Positions 42,619 to 52,815 of a DNA stretch of 64,000 nucleotides are shown here, one piece after another. Below the pieces are notes generated by a model. That model worked only from the letters and a program-made list of their open reading frames with translations. It had not been told where the DNA came from and did no database searches. The DNA comes from an uncultured Acidobacteriota bacterium. Its GTDB lineage: Bacteria > Acidobacteriota > UBA6911. A program made the translations under genes and the position numbers. Every line of letters starts with the position of its first letter. Position 1 is the stretch's first letter. The DNA is taken from positions 384,001 to 448,000 of the forward strand of contig CAWJKZ010000019.1 of NCBI GenBank assembly GCA_963843575.1, written 5' to 3'.

Positions 42619-45600
42619 AGATTTAAAATGCTCAGCAGGGCGGCGGGGGTGTCGTTGTCGAGGACTGCCTCTACCGAGAGGGCGACCCCGAAATCGCGTT
42701 CGATGCGCGTGATCAATCGGATGGCGGAGACGGAATCCCCACCCAACTCAAAGAAGCTCTCGTCCATGCCGACGCCGGGGGCCTCGAGCACCTCCTGGAA
42801 CAGCGCCGTTATGCGCGTTTCCAGGGGAGTGCGGGGGGCCCTTGCCTGGCGCCGCTCTTGCCGGACCGGGTAGGCGGCCAGCGCCGGACGATCGATCTTG
42901 CCGTTGGGGTTAAGTGGCAACGACGCGAGCCGAACGACGCTCCCGGGGATCATGTAGTCGGGTAGGGTCCTGCGCAGCGCGGGTTTGGGATCAGCGTCCT
43001 CGTGCCCGGGTTGGGGCACCCAGAACGCGACAACATCCCTGCCGCGCCCGCCGCTTTGCAGCACGACGGCGCCGTGCCTGACCCCCGGAACGGACAGTAA
43101 CGCCGCTTCTATCTCGCCCAGTTCGACGCGGTAGCCGTGGATCGTCACCTGGCTGTCGGCCCGCCCGAGGCAGACGAGGTTGCCGTTCGGCAGAAAAAAG
43201 CCGCGATCGCCGGTGCGGTACAGGCGGGCGCCGGACTGGCCGAACGGGTCGGGCACAAATCTATCGGCGGTCAGTTCGGTGCGGTTGACGTAGCCGTCGG
43301 CTAGGCACGGGCCGCCGACCACGATCTCGCCGGTCATCCCGATCGGGACCAGGCGCAGGCTGTCGTCCACGATATAGATGACCGCGTTGCTGGCCGGCCG
43401 TCCGATAGGAACGTGCGGCGTGGGCGCCAGGCCGGCCGGGATGTCGTAGAAGCTGACTATCGAAGACGTCTCGGTGCAGCCGTAAACATTGATCAGCCGT
43501 TCGGGTTTGCCCCGCTGCAGCACGCGGGATACCGCATCGGGGTCGGCCTTCTCGCCCCCGAAGCACACGCAACGGACGCCGCCGAACATGTCGGGGCACT
43601 CCTGCGCGGCCAGGTTGAACAGCGAGGTGGTCAGAAACGCGAGGCTCACCCCGTACCTTTCGTACGCCCTCCTGCACTCGAGCGGTCGCACGGCGGTCTC
43701 CTGGGGCAGGATGGCGAGGGTGGCGCCGGAGGCGAGCGCGATCCACACTTCGAAGATGGCGATGGCGAACCCGATGTTGGAAAAGTGGGAGACAACGTCC
43801 TCCGCGGAAGGTGCCAGGAAGTTGGCGTTGGAGGCCAGCCGCAGGATGCTGCGGTGGGGCAGAAGCACGCCTTTCGGCTTGCCGCTCGACCCCGACGTGT
43901 AGAGGATCAGCGCCGGGTCGTCCAGCGAGACCTCGCGGGCAGGGTTCTTCTCCTGTGTGCCGGCCGATGCCGTCCAATCGCCCACCAGGAGGGTCGACGA
44001 GCGTGTCCGCGGCAGTTTGTCCAGCCACTCCCTTTCGGTGAGGACAAACTCGGCGCCACTGTCCTCGAGCATGAACGCGATCCGCTCGGCCGGATAATCG
44101 GCCGGGATCGGGACATAGACGCCTCCGGTCTTGAGCACGCCCAGGACCGCCCGGAGATAAGCCGGGGAGTGTTTCAAGAGGAGCGCAATGCGGCTTCCGC
44201 GGCCGGCGCCGGCCGACCCGAGGCGACGGGCCAGCCCGTTGGCCTGCTCGTTCAGCGCCGAGTAGCTGATGCGCTCATTTGCCCAGAGTATGGCGGGGTG
44301 CTCGGGCTGCCTCGCGGCATGCCGTTCGAAAAGGAGATCGACGGAGGCGGCGGGGAGCGGGGCACCCGTGTCGTTCCACCGGTTGAGGATGAGATCGGCT
44401 TCGGCGGCCGTTATCGAGCGTTGCCGTTCTTCCACGGGCCGACGGCTTCCCGCCGCGCCTTGGGAGAGCGCCCTGCGGTCCACCTTGTTGCTGGGGGTGA
44501 GCGGGAACGAAGGCAATTCCTCGTACCACGAAGGGATTGCGTGCGTCGGCAGCCTGGCGGCGAGAAAACCACGGAGTTCCGAAGCGGAAAGGGGCTGATC
44601 CCCGGCAACGAGACAGGCGGTCAGGGTGGGCGATCCGCCGGCCCCTGGCCGGGCCACGACGACTGCGTCGCGCACCCCGGGGTGCTGTTTTAACGCCGCC
44701 TCGACTTCCCCCGGCTCGATGCGGAAGCCGCGTATCTTCAGCTGCAGATCGGCCCTCCCGAGGAACTCCACCTGCCCATCGGCCCGGCAGCGCCCCAGGT
44801 CTCCCGACCGATACATCCGCTGCCCAGGGTTGAAAGGGTCCGCATAAAAGCGTTCGGCAGTCAGCTGCGGCTCGTTGAGGTAGCCGCGGGCTACGCCGAC
44901 GCCCGATAGGCATATTTCGCCGATCGCGCCGGGTGCGACGGCGGCGCCGTCCTCGTCGAGGATGTAGGAGCGGGTGTTATCAACGGGCCGGCCAATTGGG
45001 ATGGGTCCGTCCGTATCCTCAACCAGGCACCCGTGCGAATAGATGCTTGCTTCGGTGGGGCCATACCAGTTCCAGAGGCGGCGGCAGCGCCGCTGCAGTG
45101 CCGAAGCCAGCGCGGGCGACAACACGTCGCCGCCGCTGATGATCTGGAGCTCAGCGTCGCCCTGCCAGCCGGCGTCCACCAGCATGCTCCAGGTTGCGGG
45201 AGTTGCCTGAATGACGGTAGGCCGGGCGGCTGCGAAAGTATCGCCCAGCCGCCGGGGATCGCGGGCGCTCCTCGAGTCGACGATCACGACCCGCCCGCCG
45301 TAACACAGGGGGAGCAGGAGTTCCAGGGTAGCGATGTCGAACGACAGCGTGGAGAGGGCCGGCATCACGTCCCGGCTGGAAAACCCGAGCGTTCGGCCGG
45401 CCCAGGCCAGGACGTTGGAGACCCCTGCGCGCGTGACCTCCACCCCCTTCGGGTTGCCCGTGGAGCCGGACGTGTAGAGTAGGTACATCAGGGAATCCGG
45501 GTCCGCCGCGGACCCGCAAGGCTCGGCGCTTTGTTCTTCCAGCGCCAGAGACTCGAACGTGAACACCCGCGCGTTTCCGGCCGGTATCGCTTCGACGAGC

Positions 45601-45950
45601 GACTCCTGGGTCAGGAGGAATTGCGCCGCGGAATCGCGCAGCATGAACCGCAGCCGCTCGGCCGGATAGCCGGTGTTGAGCGGCAGGTACGCACCCCCGG
45701 CCTTGAGGATGCCTATCATGCTGATCAACATGGGCAACCCGCGCTCCATGCAGATCGCGACGAACCGATCGGGCCCCACCCCCTGCTTTTGCAGAAACCG
45801 CGCCAGCCGGTTCGAACAAGCCTCCAGCTCCCCATAGCTGATGGACTCCCCCCCGCACACCGCCGCAACACTGGGGACGGACCAGGGCAACTGGTGATCA
45901 ATCAGCAAGTTATGGAATTTATTGCCCGAAAAAGGGGCCTTATTTCGCAT
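42615..45950 (-). CDS. NRPS-like protein: two tandem adenylation domains + one carrier (A-A-T), no C or TE domain; true start uncertain (possibly ~45908)
   Basis: A1: YTSGSTGNPKG, YGPTE, YRSGD, NKVDR. A2: YTSGSSGKPKG, YRTGD, GKIDR. PCP: FFELGGDS. Confidence 0.9.
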   Translation of the reverse strand: MRNKAPFSGNKFHNLLIDHQLPWSVPSVAAVCGGESISYGELEACSNRLARFLQKQGVGPDRFVAICMERGLPMLISMIGILKAGGAYLPLNTGYPAERLRFMLRDSAAQFLLTQESLVEAIPAGNARVFTFESLALEEQSAEPCGSAADPDSLMYLLYTSGSTGNPKGVEVTRAGVSNVLAWAGRTLGFSSRDVMPALSTLSFDIATLELLLPLCYGGRVVIVDSRSARDPRRLGDTFAAARPTVIQATPATWSMLVDAGWQGDAELQIISGGDVLSPALASALQRRCRRLWNWYGPTEASIYSHGCLVEDTDGPIPIGRPVDNTRSYILDEDGAAVAPGAIGEICLSGVGVARGYLNEPQLTAERFYADPFNPGQRMYRSGDLGRCRADGQVEFLGRADLQLKIRGFRIEPGEVEAALKQHPGVRDAVVVARPGAGGSPTLTACLVAGDQPLSASELRGFLAARLPTHAIPSWYEELPSFPLTPSNKVDRRALSQGAAGSRRPVEERQRSITAAEADLILNRWNDTGAPLPAASVDLLFERHAARQPEHPAILWANERISYSALNEQANGLARRLGSAGAGRGSRIALLLKHSPAYLRAVLGVLKTGGVYVPIPADYPAERIAFMLEDSGAEFVLTEREWLDKLPRTRSSTLLVGDWTASAGTQEKNPAREVSLDDPALILYTSGSSGKPKGVLLPHRSILRLASNANFLAPSAEDVVSHFSNIGFAIAIFEVWIALASGATLAILPQETAVRPLECRRAYERYGVSLAFLTTSLFNLAAQECPDMFGGVRCVCFGGEKADPDAVSRVLQRGKPERLINVYGCTETSSIVSFYDIPAGLAPTPHVPIGRPASNAVIYIVDDSLRLVPIGMTGEIVVGGPCLADGYVNRTELTADRFVPDPFGQSGARLYRTGDRGFFLPNGNLVCLGRADSQVTIHGYRVELGEIEAALLSVPGVRHGAVVLQSGGRGRDVVAFWVPQPGHEDADPKPALRRTLPDYMIPGSVVRLASLPLNPNGKIDRPALAAYPVRQERRQARAPRTPLETRITALFQEVLEAPGVGMDESFFELGGDSVSAIRLITRIERDFGVALSVEAVLDNDTPAALLSILNL

Positions 45951-45990
45951 TTTTGCTGCCGTTTTTCTCGACTAAGCACCGATTTGCCGG
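45900..45990 (+). repeat. Family F element (copy 5)
   Basis: IHF consensus AATCAGCAAGTTA at 45900-45912; core CCTTATTT at 45938. Confidence 0.75.
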
Positions 45991-46109
45991 GAATGGCTTG
46001 CCCGACCGGCTGGAGTTGGCAAGTTGCCCGCATATTGCTTCCGCAGGGTTCTTATCGCAGGCCACCCGCGCGCGCTTCAGGCTTTTGTGACAACCCGCGC
46101 AGCACCGTA

Positions 46110-46218
46110 CAAGAACAAGGGCAGAACGCGGATTTCCGCGGATTTGACGGGTTCACGAGGCCTGTCACCAATGCCTTTGTTCTTGATCTGCGTGTATCTG
46201 CGTCAATCAGCGTCCGAA
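46110..46218. repeat. Family C element (direct repeat with 47405-47552)
   Basis: caagaacaa...gaacgcggatttccgcggatttgacgg...ttgttcttgatctgcgtgtatctgcgtcaatcagcgtccgaa. Confidence 0.8.
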
Positions 46219-47274
46219 GGATCTCGAAGTGCCCCGTGGGAGCGGGTGTGCGCGTGACGAGCGAGCTCGAGATCCCCGGGCAGGGCGGCGAGCTTGCGGC
46301 CGGTCAACTCGAGATACACTTTTTCCACCTGGCCGCCGAGCGTATCCCACCCGGCGCCGCGCTCGCCCACGAAACGCGCAATCTGCGCGTTGCCCTTCAG
46401 GTTCGCCCGGATCGCCTCGACCTGCCCGCGGGCTTCGGCCGGCGCTTTCTTCGCCATCAGCGAGCCCACCTGTTCGCGAAGCGCCTTGAAGAACGCCTGC
46501 TGATCGTCGATGACGCCGCTGGCCGCCCTCGCCCCGTGTCCCGGGCAGACGATCTTCGCCCGAAGTTTCTTCGCCTCGTCGAGCGTCCCGATCCACTGTC
46601 CGACGTCGCCGTCGCCCACGTAGTTGAACGGCCCGTTGACGCAGACGTCGCCGGCGAAGAGGATCCCCTCGTTCGGCAGCCACGCAACCGCGTCCCCGTG
46701 GGTGTGCGCCACCCCGAGGTGAATCAGCTCGACCCGGTGCTTCCCGTCGTCGAAGTAGAGTTCCTTCGGAAACAGTACGGACGGCGGTTTGAGCCTGGTC
46801 CCGCTGAGGTCCTTGCGTTGCTTCGCGGCCGACTCCCAGGATCCGGGCTGCTTGCCGTAATAGCCGGTCTCATACTTCTTCATCTCGGCGATCACGCCGG
46901 TGTGGGCCACGGGAACGGCCCCGTTTTCGACGAACACCTGGTTGCCGTACGCGTGATCGCCGTGGTGATGGGTGTCGAACGCGAAGCGGACCGGCTTGGG
47001 CGTTATCGCCCGTATCTTGCCGATGATCTCCCTGGCCCCCGCCGGGAAATTGGCGTCGATCACAAGGACGTAGTCCTCCATCACCACCCACCCGTTGTTG
47101 CACACCGCGTCGGCCGTGTCCGACAGGTCGCCCTGATGGAAGTAGACGTCCGCCGCGACCGGGTCGGGTTTGCGGCTGGACGCCTGCGGCGCTCGCCAGC
47201 AACTCCGCCTCCGCCGCCGCGCTGAGAACCCCGGCGCTGCCGATCAGAAACCCCCTCCTGCTCACGTCGCACAT
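46203..47274 (-). CDS. Tat-exported MBL-fold metallo-hydrolase (cyclase-like), frameshift near 47170
   Basis: SRRGFL Tat motif; THHHGDH, AHTHGD, FAGD, CPGHG. Confidence 0.85.
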
Positions 47275-47404
47275 GGTTAGTCCCTCCCTGGGTAAGTATA
47301 CGCTGTGGAGATGCGGCGGCTCGATGCCGCCAGCGTTCGATATTGGGCGGTATGCAGGGCGATGTGGCGCCGCACTTCCATATCGCTTGACCGGCCAGGA
47401 GAGA

Positions 47405-47552
47405 CAAGAACAAAAGCGGAACACGGATCTTCGCGGATTTGACGGATTGACGCGGATCGGACGCGGCCAGTCACCAAGTGTGATTCCGTGATCTTCCGTG
47501 GGCATCCGAGGCCAATGCCGTTGTTCTTGATCTGCGTCAATCCGCGTCCGAA
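47405..47552. repeat. Family C element (direct repeat with 46110-46218)
   Basis: caagaacaa...gaacacggatcttcgcggatttgacggattgacgcggat...ttgttcttgatctgcgtcaatccgcgtccgaa. Confidence 0.8.
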
Positions 47553-47651
47553 AAAACACGTCAACATATTTATGAAACTGGCCACTAAGTTGGTTTCCGT
47601 GGCGGACAGGCAACGTGAGATGGCACAATGGCAGGCTGAGGAGGTTGCGCG

Positions 47652-48197
47652 ATGACCGACGTGGGGTTGCTCTTGCGGGCGTTGAAATTCTCTGCCGAGA
47701 AACACAGGGACCAACGCAGGAAGGGCGGGGACGCTTCCCCCTACATCAATCACCTGATTGAGGTGGCGCACCTGGTGGCCAACGTCGGCGGCGACACCGA
47801 TCCGCCGGTGCTGGTCGCCGCAGTTCTACACGACACGGTCGAAGATACCCAGACCCTCCCTGCCGACATCGAGCAGGAGTTCGGCCCGCAGGTGCGCCGC
47901 TTCGTGGAGGAGTTGACCGACAACAAGAGCCTCCCCAAAGCGGAACGCAAACGGATCCAGGTCGAACACGCCCCCTCGCTGTCGCCCCAGGCCAAAAAGA
48001 TTAAGATCGCCGACAAGATCTCCAACATCCGCGACGCCACCGACCACCCTCCGGAGAAATGGACGCTCGTGCGGAGGCGGGAGTATCTCGAGTGGGCGAA
48101 CGAAGTCGTCGCGGGATGTCGCGGGAGCAGTCCGGCCCTCGAGGCCCACTTCGATCAGGTCCTCCGGGAGTGCCGCGCGAAGCTGGGGAGCGACTGA
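47652..48197 (+). CDS. HD-domain small alarmone hydrolase (Mesh1/SpoT-HD-like)
   Basis: HRDQRRK...PYINH, AAVLHDTVEDT, ELTD, IKIADKISN; no synthetase domain. Confidence 0.88.
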   Translation: MTDVGLLLRALKFSAEKHRDQRRKGGDASPYINHLIEVAHLVANVGGDTDPPVLVAAVLHDTVEDTQTLPADIEQEFGPQVRRFVEELTDNKSLPKAERKRIQVEHAPSLSPQAKKIKIADKISNIRDATDHPPEKWTLVRRREYLEWANEVVAGCRGSSPALEAHFDQVLRECRAKLGSD

Positions 48198-48224
48198 CGC
48201 CTCGTCCGTTCGGAGCCGTCGGCG

Positions 48225-48670
48225 CTAGAGACGGGAGACGATCAGTTTGCCCAGGTCGGTGAGCTGGCCGATGGTCAGGTACACCTTGTTCTTGACGAAG
48301 TCCGCGAACGAAGTGAGGACGACGCAGTGCGCCCCTTTCCTGACCGCGAGCAGGTTGGCGGGCATGCCGGGCATCACCGCACCCTGGACCGCCTCGTCGC
48401 CGACGCCGCCGACGGCACGGCATACTTGCTCTTGAAGCCGGCGTAGGTCTTCGCGTCCGTGAACTGGATCATCAGGATCAGTTCGCCCGAGGCATCGGCG
48501 AAATTGAGATCGCCGCCGGCCCCGGCAACGGACCCGGCGGGAATAAGTTTGACCCCCTTCATCCCGGTGACCTTTTCGATGTCGGCTCCCGTGAGGTATT
48601 TTTCGCGGGAACCCTGCGCAAACGCACCAAGAGCCAGCCCGAGACTCAAACACAACGCAATTCTCTTCAT
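48225..48670 (-). CDS. Small secreted hypothetical protein, frameshift near 48410
   Basis: Signal MKRIALCLSLGLALGAFA; continuation in ORF 48225..48653 (AVGGVGDEA...). Confidence 0.6.
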
Positions 48671-48749
48671 TGCCGAGACCTCTCTGAAATGTCCTCGCCC
48701 CAAACTCACTTCGAGATTCTTAGAGAAGCCTTAGAGGTGCGTTCCACCT

Positions 48750-50705
48750 CTAAGCGGAAATATCCGTCTTCAGGCGCAGCGGCGGCTTGCCCGAACCGGC
48801 CAGCTTCACGTTCGGCTCGCGTTCGATCACGGCGAGCAGCTCGCGCGTCACGCGGTCGTCGATCTCGGACGAGTGCATCAGGTCCACCGGGTAGCGGATG
48901 AGCGACCTCGAGGCCGGCGGGATCCAGCTGCAGACGGCTCGTCGGCCGCAACGCCCCGGGGGGTGCGGTCGACAGGGTCCTTTCCATGTGGCGGTACTGT
49001 TTTTCCATCTCGTCCCGGTAGCCCGAAAAAATTTCTTCCACGACGCCGCGCAGCCGCTCCTCCGCAGCCCGGTAGTCGCTGTCCGGGGACACCGTCAGGG
49101 AAACCTCGTGCCACACGAAGCTCGTGCCGGGGATCTGTTTGAAAAAGCCCGCATTGGATTGGAACACGATGGAATTCGAGAAACCGACGACTCGTGCCGC
49201 TCGCCGTTTTCTCCCCGCCCCTGACCAGTTCCAGCAGGTGAAACCGCACCAGCCCGATCTCCACCACTTCGCCGGTGATTCCCGCCACCTGCACCCGGTC
49301 GCCCACCCGGATGCCGTACTTGCCGATCAGGAAGAAGTACGCCACGATCGAAACGATGACATTCTGCAGCGCCACGGCGACACCCGCCGTGATGAGCCCG
49401 GCAAACGTGGCGATCGAACTGAGCTCGGTGGCGAACGAAACGACGAGCAGGACGGCGATGACGCACCAGAAGACGATCTTCCGCAGCAGCAGGTACTGAT
49501 ACCTGCGCCGGGCGTCGCGCACGTAACGGAATATCGTGCGCCGCCACAGCTCCGCCCCGCCGATTATGACGGCCAGCAGCAGCCCGAGCACCACCACCCT
49601 GACGACGAGAGTCCTCAATTCCGACGTGTACCGGGTTCTGAGCGTGCCTGCCAGTTCGCGATGTTCCGCTTGTACAGCTCGAGCAGGAGCCCCTGCTTGC
49701 TCAGCGGCAATACGGACGCCGAGGTGCGCTTGAACTGCGAGGTCAGGGCGTCCAGCATCGCCTTCTGCTGGACGAGCACGACCTGGTCCGTGGTGTCGGC
49801 CTGGCCGGCCAGCTCGTCGCCGCGTTTCGACAGCTCTCTCAGGGTGCTGACGAGCGGGGAGCGCAGCTCCCTGGACTGCTGGCTGACGGAGTCGGTCAAC
49901 TGCAACGCGGCGTCGAGCGTGCCGATGCGCCCGGACAGGGCGACGACGTCCCAGGTCAGTGACCAGAGGCCGGAGGGCGCGCCCTTCGGCCCGCCCGAGG
50001 CCAAGCCCGCATACGCCTGTTCGTTGGCGGCGGCGCCCTCCTGCTTGGCCGCCGGCTGTCCCGTGGCCGCGGGGACCGACCTCGCCAGGGCCTCGATCTT
50101 CTCGCGGATCCCGGTGGCGCCCAGCCCGTTGGCGCTCGAACCGCCGACGAAACTCGGTCATGCTGCGGAGCGAGTCCCGTGCGCACCTGCGCGAGCTCGA
50201 GCTGGCTGCGCGTTTCGGCCATCCGGGTCTGGAGCGATTCGCGCTCCCGGCCCGCCGCGCCCGAGAGCTGCTGCCGGAGCGCTTCCAGTTCCGCCTGGTT
50301 TGACCGCACCTGCTGGTCCAGGCGGGCCAGCATCTGGCGCAGCGCCTGGTAGCGCGACGAGCCGGCCTCGCCCCGGGCCGCGGCCTCTTCTTTTTCGATC
50401 GTCTCCGCCTGCGCCCTGGCAAACTCGAAGGCGAGCGACACGGCCTGGTTCGCAATCTGCTGGTTGTCGGCGACGACCATGCCCTCGTCGGCATCGGTTA
50501 CCAGCTGCCGCTGCAGGTCCAGGTGCCGGTACCAGCCGATCGTTGCACTGAGGTACCTGAGCAGGACGGCCGGGTCCAGCTCGGTGCTCGAGGCGGCCTG
50601 CGGCAGTGAAACCCGCGCCCCGGACGCCACCAACGTCAACACCAGTGCCAATGCGCCGCCCAAACGAATCGATCTCATCCGCGAACCCCGGTTCGATTGC
50701 TCCAT
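48750..50705 (-). CDS. MscS-family mechanosensitive channel with N-terminal coiled-coil region, several frameshifts
   Basis: TFAGLITAGVAVALQ...IRVGDRVQVAGITGEVVEIGL; C-terminal IRYPV...; pieces in ORFs 49956, 49615, 48878 and 48706. Confidence 0.8.
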
Positions 50706-50832
50706 GCCTGCAATCTAGACGATACACCGGCGCGAGCATAAGTGGATAGGCATCGTGTGACTGTTTCTCATCCCGGCGGATTTGTGCAACACTGGACGGC
50801 GGGTCTGTACCCGGGGATGAAGGAGGAACGCG

Positions 50833-52695
50833 GTGGATGAGCGACAGCCTGGGATCGCGGCGAGCCGCCGCGGCCCACTTATGCTCTTGGGTGTTCTGCT
50901 GCTTTGTCTCGTTTCTGCGGCCTCGCCCGCGCCTCCGGCAACGGCGGGCGGATCGGTCGAGGCCGAGATGCGCACCCGCGCCGCTCGTTGCCTGGCCGAG
51001 CGGCACCTGGTGGTCGACTACTACCGGATCGGCAGACGGCTTGCCTTTCCGCTCCTCCTCGACCGCATCCCGAGCCCGCGGGCCCCGGTGACGGGAATCC
51101 CCGATTACCCGTGGGAGATCTGGCTCGCGTGGCGGCTCGAAGACCGGCTGAACACCCTTGGTTGGGCCGCCTCGTGGTTCAAAGATGCCGCGGCCGCGGC
51201 CCAGGCCGGACGCGAGCTCGAGGCGATGGCCCGCTGGCCGGCCTTCACCCCCAACGCCAGGCTGGACCTCTGCCTGGGCCACGTGTCGCGCACGATGTGC
51301 GAAGCCTACCGCAAGTGGGACTGGCTCACCCCCGCCACCAGGGACGCGCTCGGCCGTGCGCTCGACCGTCTCGTCGCCGATGCGGCACCCTGGGTCAAGG
51401 AGAGGTTCGGCGCGGGGTTGACGGCACGCGACATTCTCGATTCGGCGGATCCGCACACGCGGGTCCACAACATCCCCTTCATCGGTCTCATCGGCGCCGC
51501 CATGGCCGCCAACACCAGGGGGGCCGCGCCTGCGGCGTCCCTCAACGGGCAGCTGACCGCGCTCATCGAGGTCCTGACGACGCTCCGGCAGAGCGGCTAT
51601 AGTGAAGCGGTGGGTTACGACGGCTACCTGCTGGATTTCGTGACGAGCTGGCTCGCAACCCTCCCGCCGGCCTCCCGGGAATCCGTGCTGCGGAGGTTCG
51701 ACCTCGAAGGGTTTTTCCCTGAATCCTGCATGCTGGGTGCCCCGGGCGACGCGACCCGGGTCGCCGAACTCTCCGACGTGGAACCGCACCAGATGCCCTT
51801 CCACATCTCGGCGCAGGCGCGGCTGCAGTCGTTTCGGCCGCAGCCGCTGCGGGCCTGGTACCTGCGCCAGTGCAGGCTGGACGTGCTCCGGTCCGACACG
51901 CTCGCCCTCCTCCGCACGCTGGCGGCGGGCGCGCCGCAGGGGGCCCCGCCCCCGGCCGTGCGCGTCCTCGACGCGCACTACGCCAAAGTCCTGCGCTCGG
52001 GTTGGGCCGCGAGCGACCTCGCCGTGGCCGTCGCCGCCGGCAATTCGCCCGCAGGGCACATCCACTTCGACTTCGGCTCGATCACGATCGGAACCGCCGG
52101 CCGGTGGCTGATCGCGGATCCGGGCTACCAGCAGTACATGCCCGGCGAGGAACGCGAGTTCACGATCGGGCCGCGGGCTCACAACGCGCCCGTCCTCGAC
52201 GGCAGGGCCCAGGAGAAGAAGGCCGGCAGGGTTCTCTCGGAAGACACCGACCAGGTTGGGACCCTCAGGCTCGCGCTCGACCTGACCGCCTGCTATCCGG
52301 CGGAACTCGGCGTCGGGCGCGCCATGAGGACGGTCTGGTTGGCCGGGAAGAGCCTCGTGGTCGTTGCCGACGAGCTCGACGCCGGAAACGCCGGCACCCA
52401 GGCCTATCACTGGCACGGTGCACCCGACGCCGCGTGGCAGGTGCGGGACAACTGGGCGATGCTCTACGCCGGCAAGGGGGCCACGATCTGGTTCTCGAGC
52501 CCGGGATTTGCCGTCTCGGACGCCGATCTCGTGAGGCTCCCCGGATCGCGCGGCCAGGTGAGCCTGGTGTGCAGCCGCAAACCGGTCCCGGTGACGTGGT
52601 GGGTGTTCGCCACGGGCGATGCCCCTCCCGCCGTGGCGTCGGACGCCGCCGCGCGCTCGCTGCGGATCGGCGGCCTGCGGTTCAGCCTCGACTGA
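50833..52695 (+). CDS. Heparinase II/III-family (polysaccharide lyase-like) protein
   Basis: VHN, YSEAVGY, GHIHFDFGS, LIADPGY, RAHNAPVLDG; RBS AAGGAGG. Confidence 0.7.
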   Translation: MDERQPGIAASRRGPLMLLGVLLLCLVSAASPAPPATAGGSVEAEMRTRAARCLAERHLVVDYYRIGRRLAFPLLLDRIPSPRAPVTGIPDYPWEIWLAWRLEDRLNTLGWAASWFKDAAAAAQAGRELEAMARWPAFTPNARLDLCLGHVSRTMCEAYRKWDWLTPATRDALGRALDRLVADAAPWVKERFGAGLTARDILDSADPHTRVHNIPFIGLIGAAMAANTRGAAPAASLNGQLTALIEVLTTLRQSGYSEAVGYDGYLLDFVTSWLATLPPASRESVLRRFDLEGFFPESCMLGAPGDATRVAELSDVEPHQMPFHISAQARLQSFRPQPLRAWYLRQCRLDVLRSDTLALLRTLAAGAPQGAPPPAVRVLDAHYAKVLRSGWAASDLAVAVAAGNSPAGHIHFDFGSITIGTAGRWLIADPGYQQYMPGEEREFTIGPRAHNAPVLDGRAQEKKAGRVLSEDTDQVGTLRLALDLTACYPAELGVGRAMRTVWLAGKSLVVVADELDAGNAGTQAYHWHGAPDAAWQVRDNWAMLYAGKGATIWFSSPGFAVSDADLVRLPGSRGQVSLVCSRKPVPVTWWVFATGDAPPAVASDAAARSLRIGGLRFSLD

Positions 52696-52701
52696 CGCTC
52701 T

Positions 52702-52813
52702 TGGAGTGCGGCGGCTCGACGCCGCATATCGTGGCGGTTCGGCCTGGCGCCAAGGCGCCGGGTGTTTCGGCTTTGGCGAGAGCAGGAAAGCGGCGCCGAG
52801 GCGCCGCACTCCA
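52702..52813. repeat. Family B REPIN
   Basis: tggagtgcggcggctcgacgccgc...gcggcgccgaggcgccgcactcca between convergent genes. Confidence 0.85.
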
Positions 52814-52815
52814 AA

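Noticed and set aside
46203-47274. Metallo-beta-lactamase resistance gene
   Set aside because: The motif pattern and Tat signal fit the broad cyclase-like MBL-fold hydrolases; nothing specifically supports B1-B3 beta-lactamase assignment
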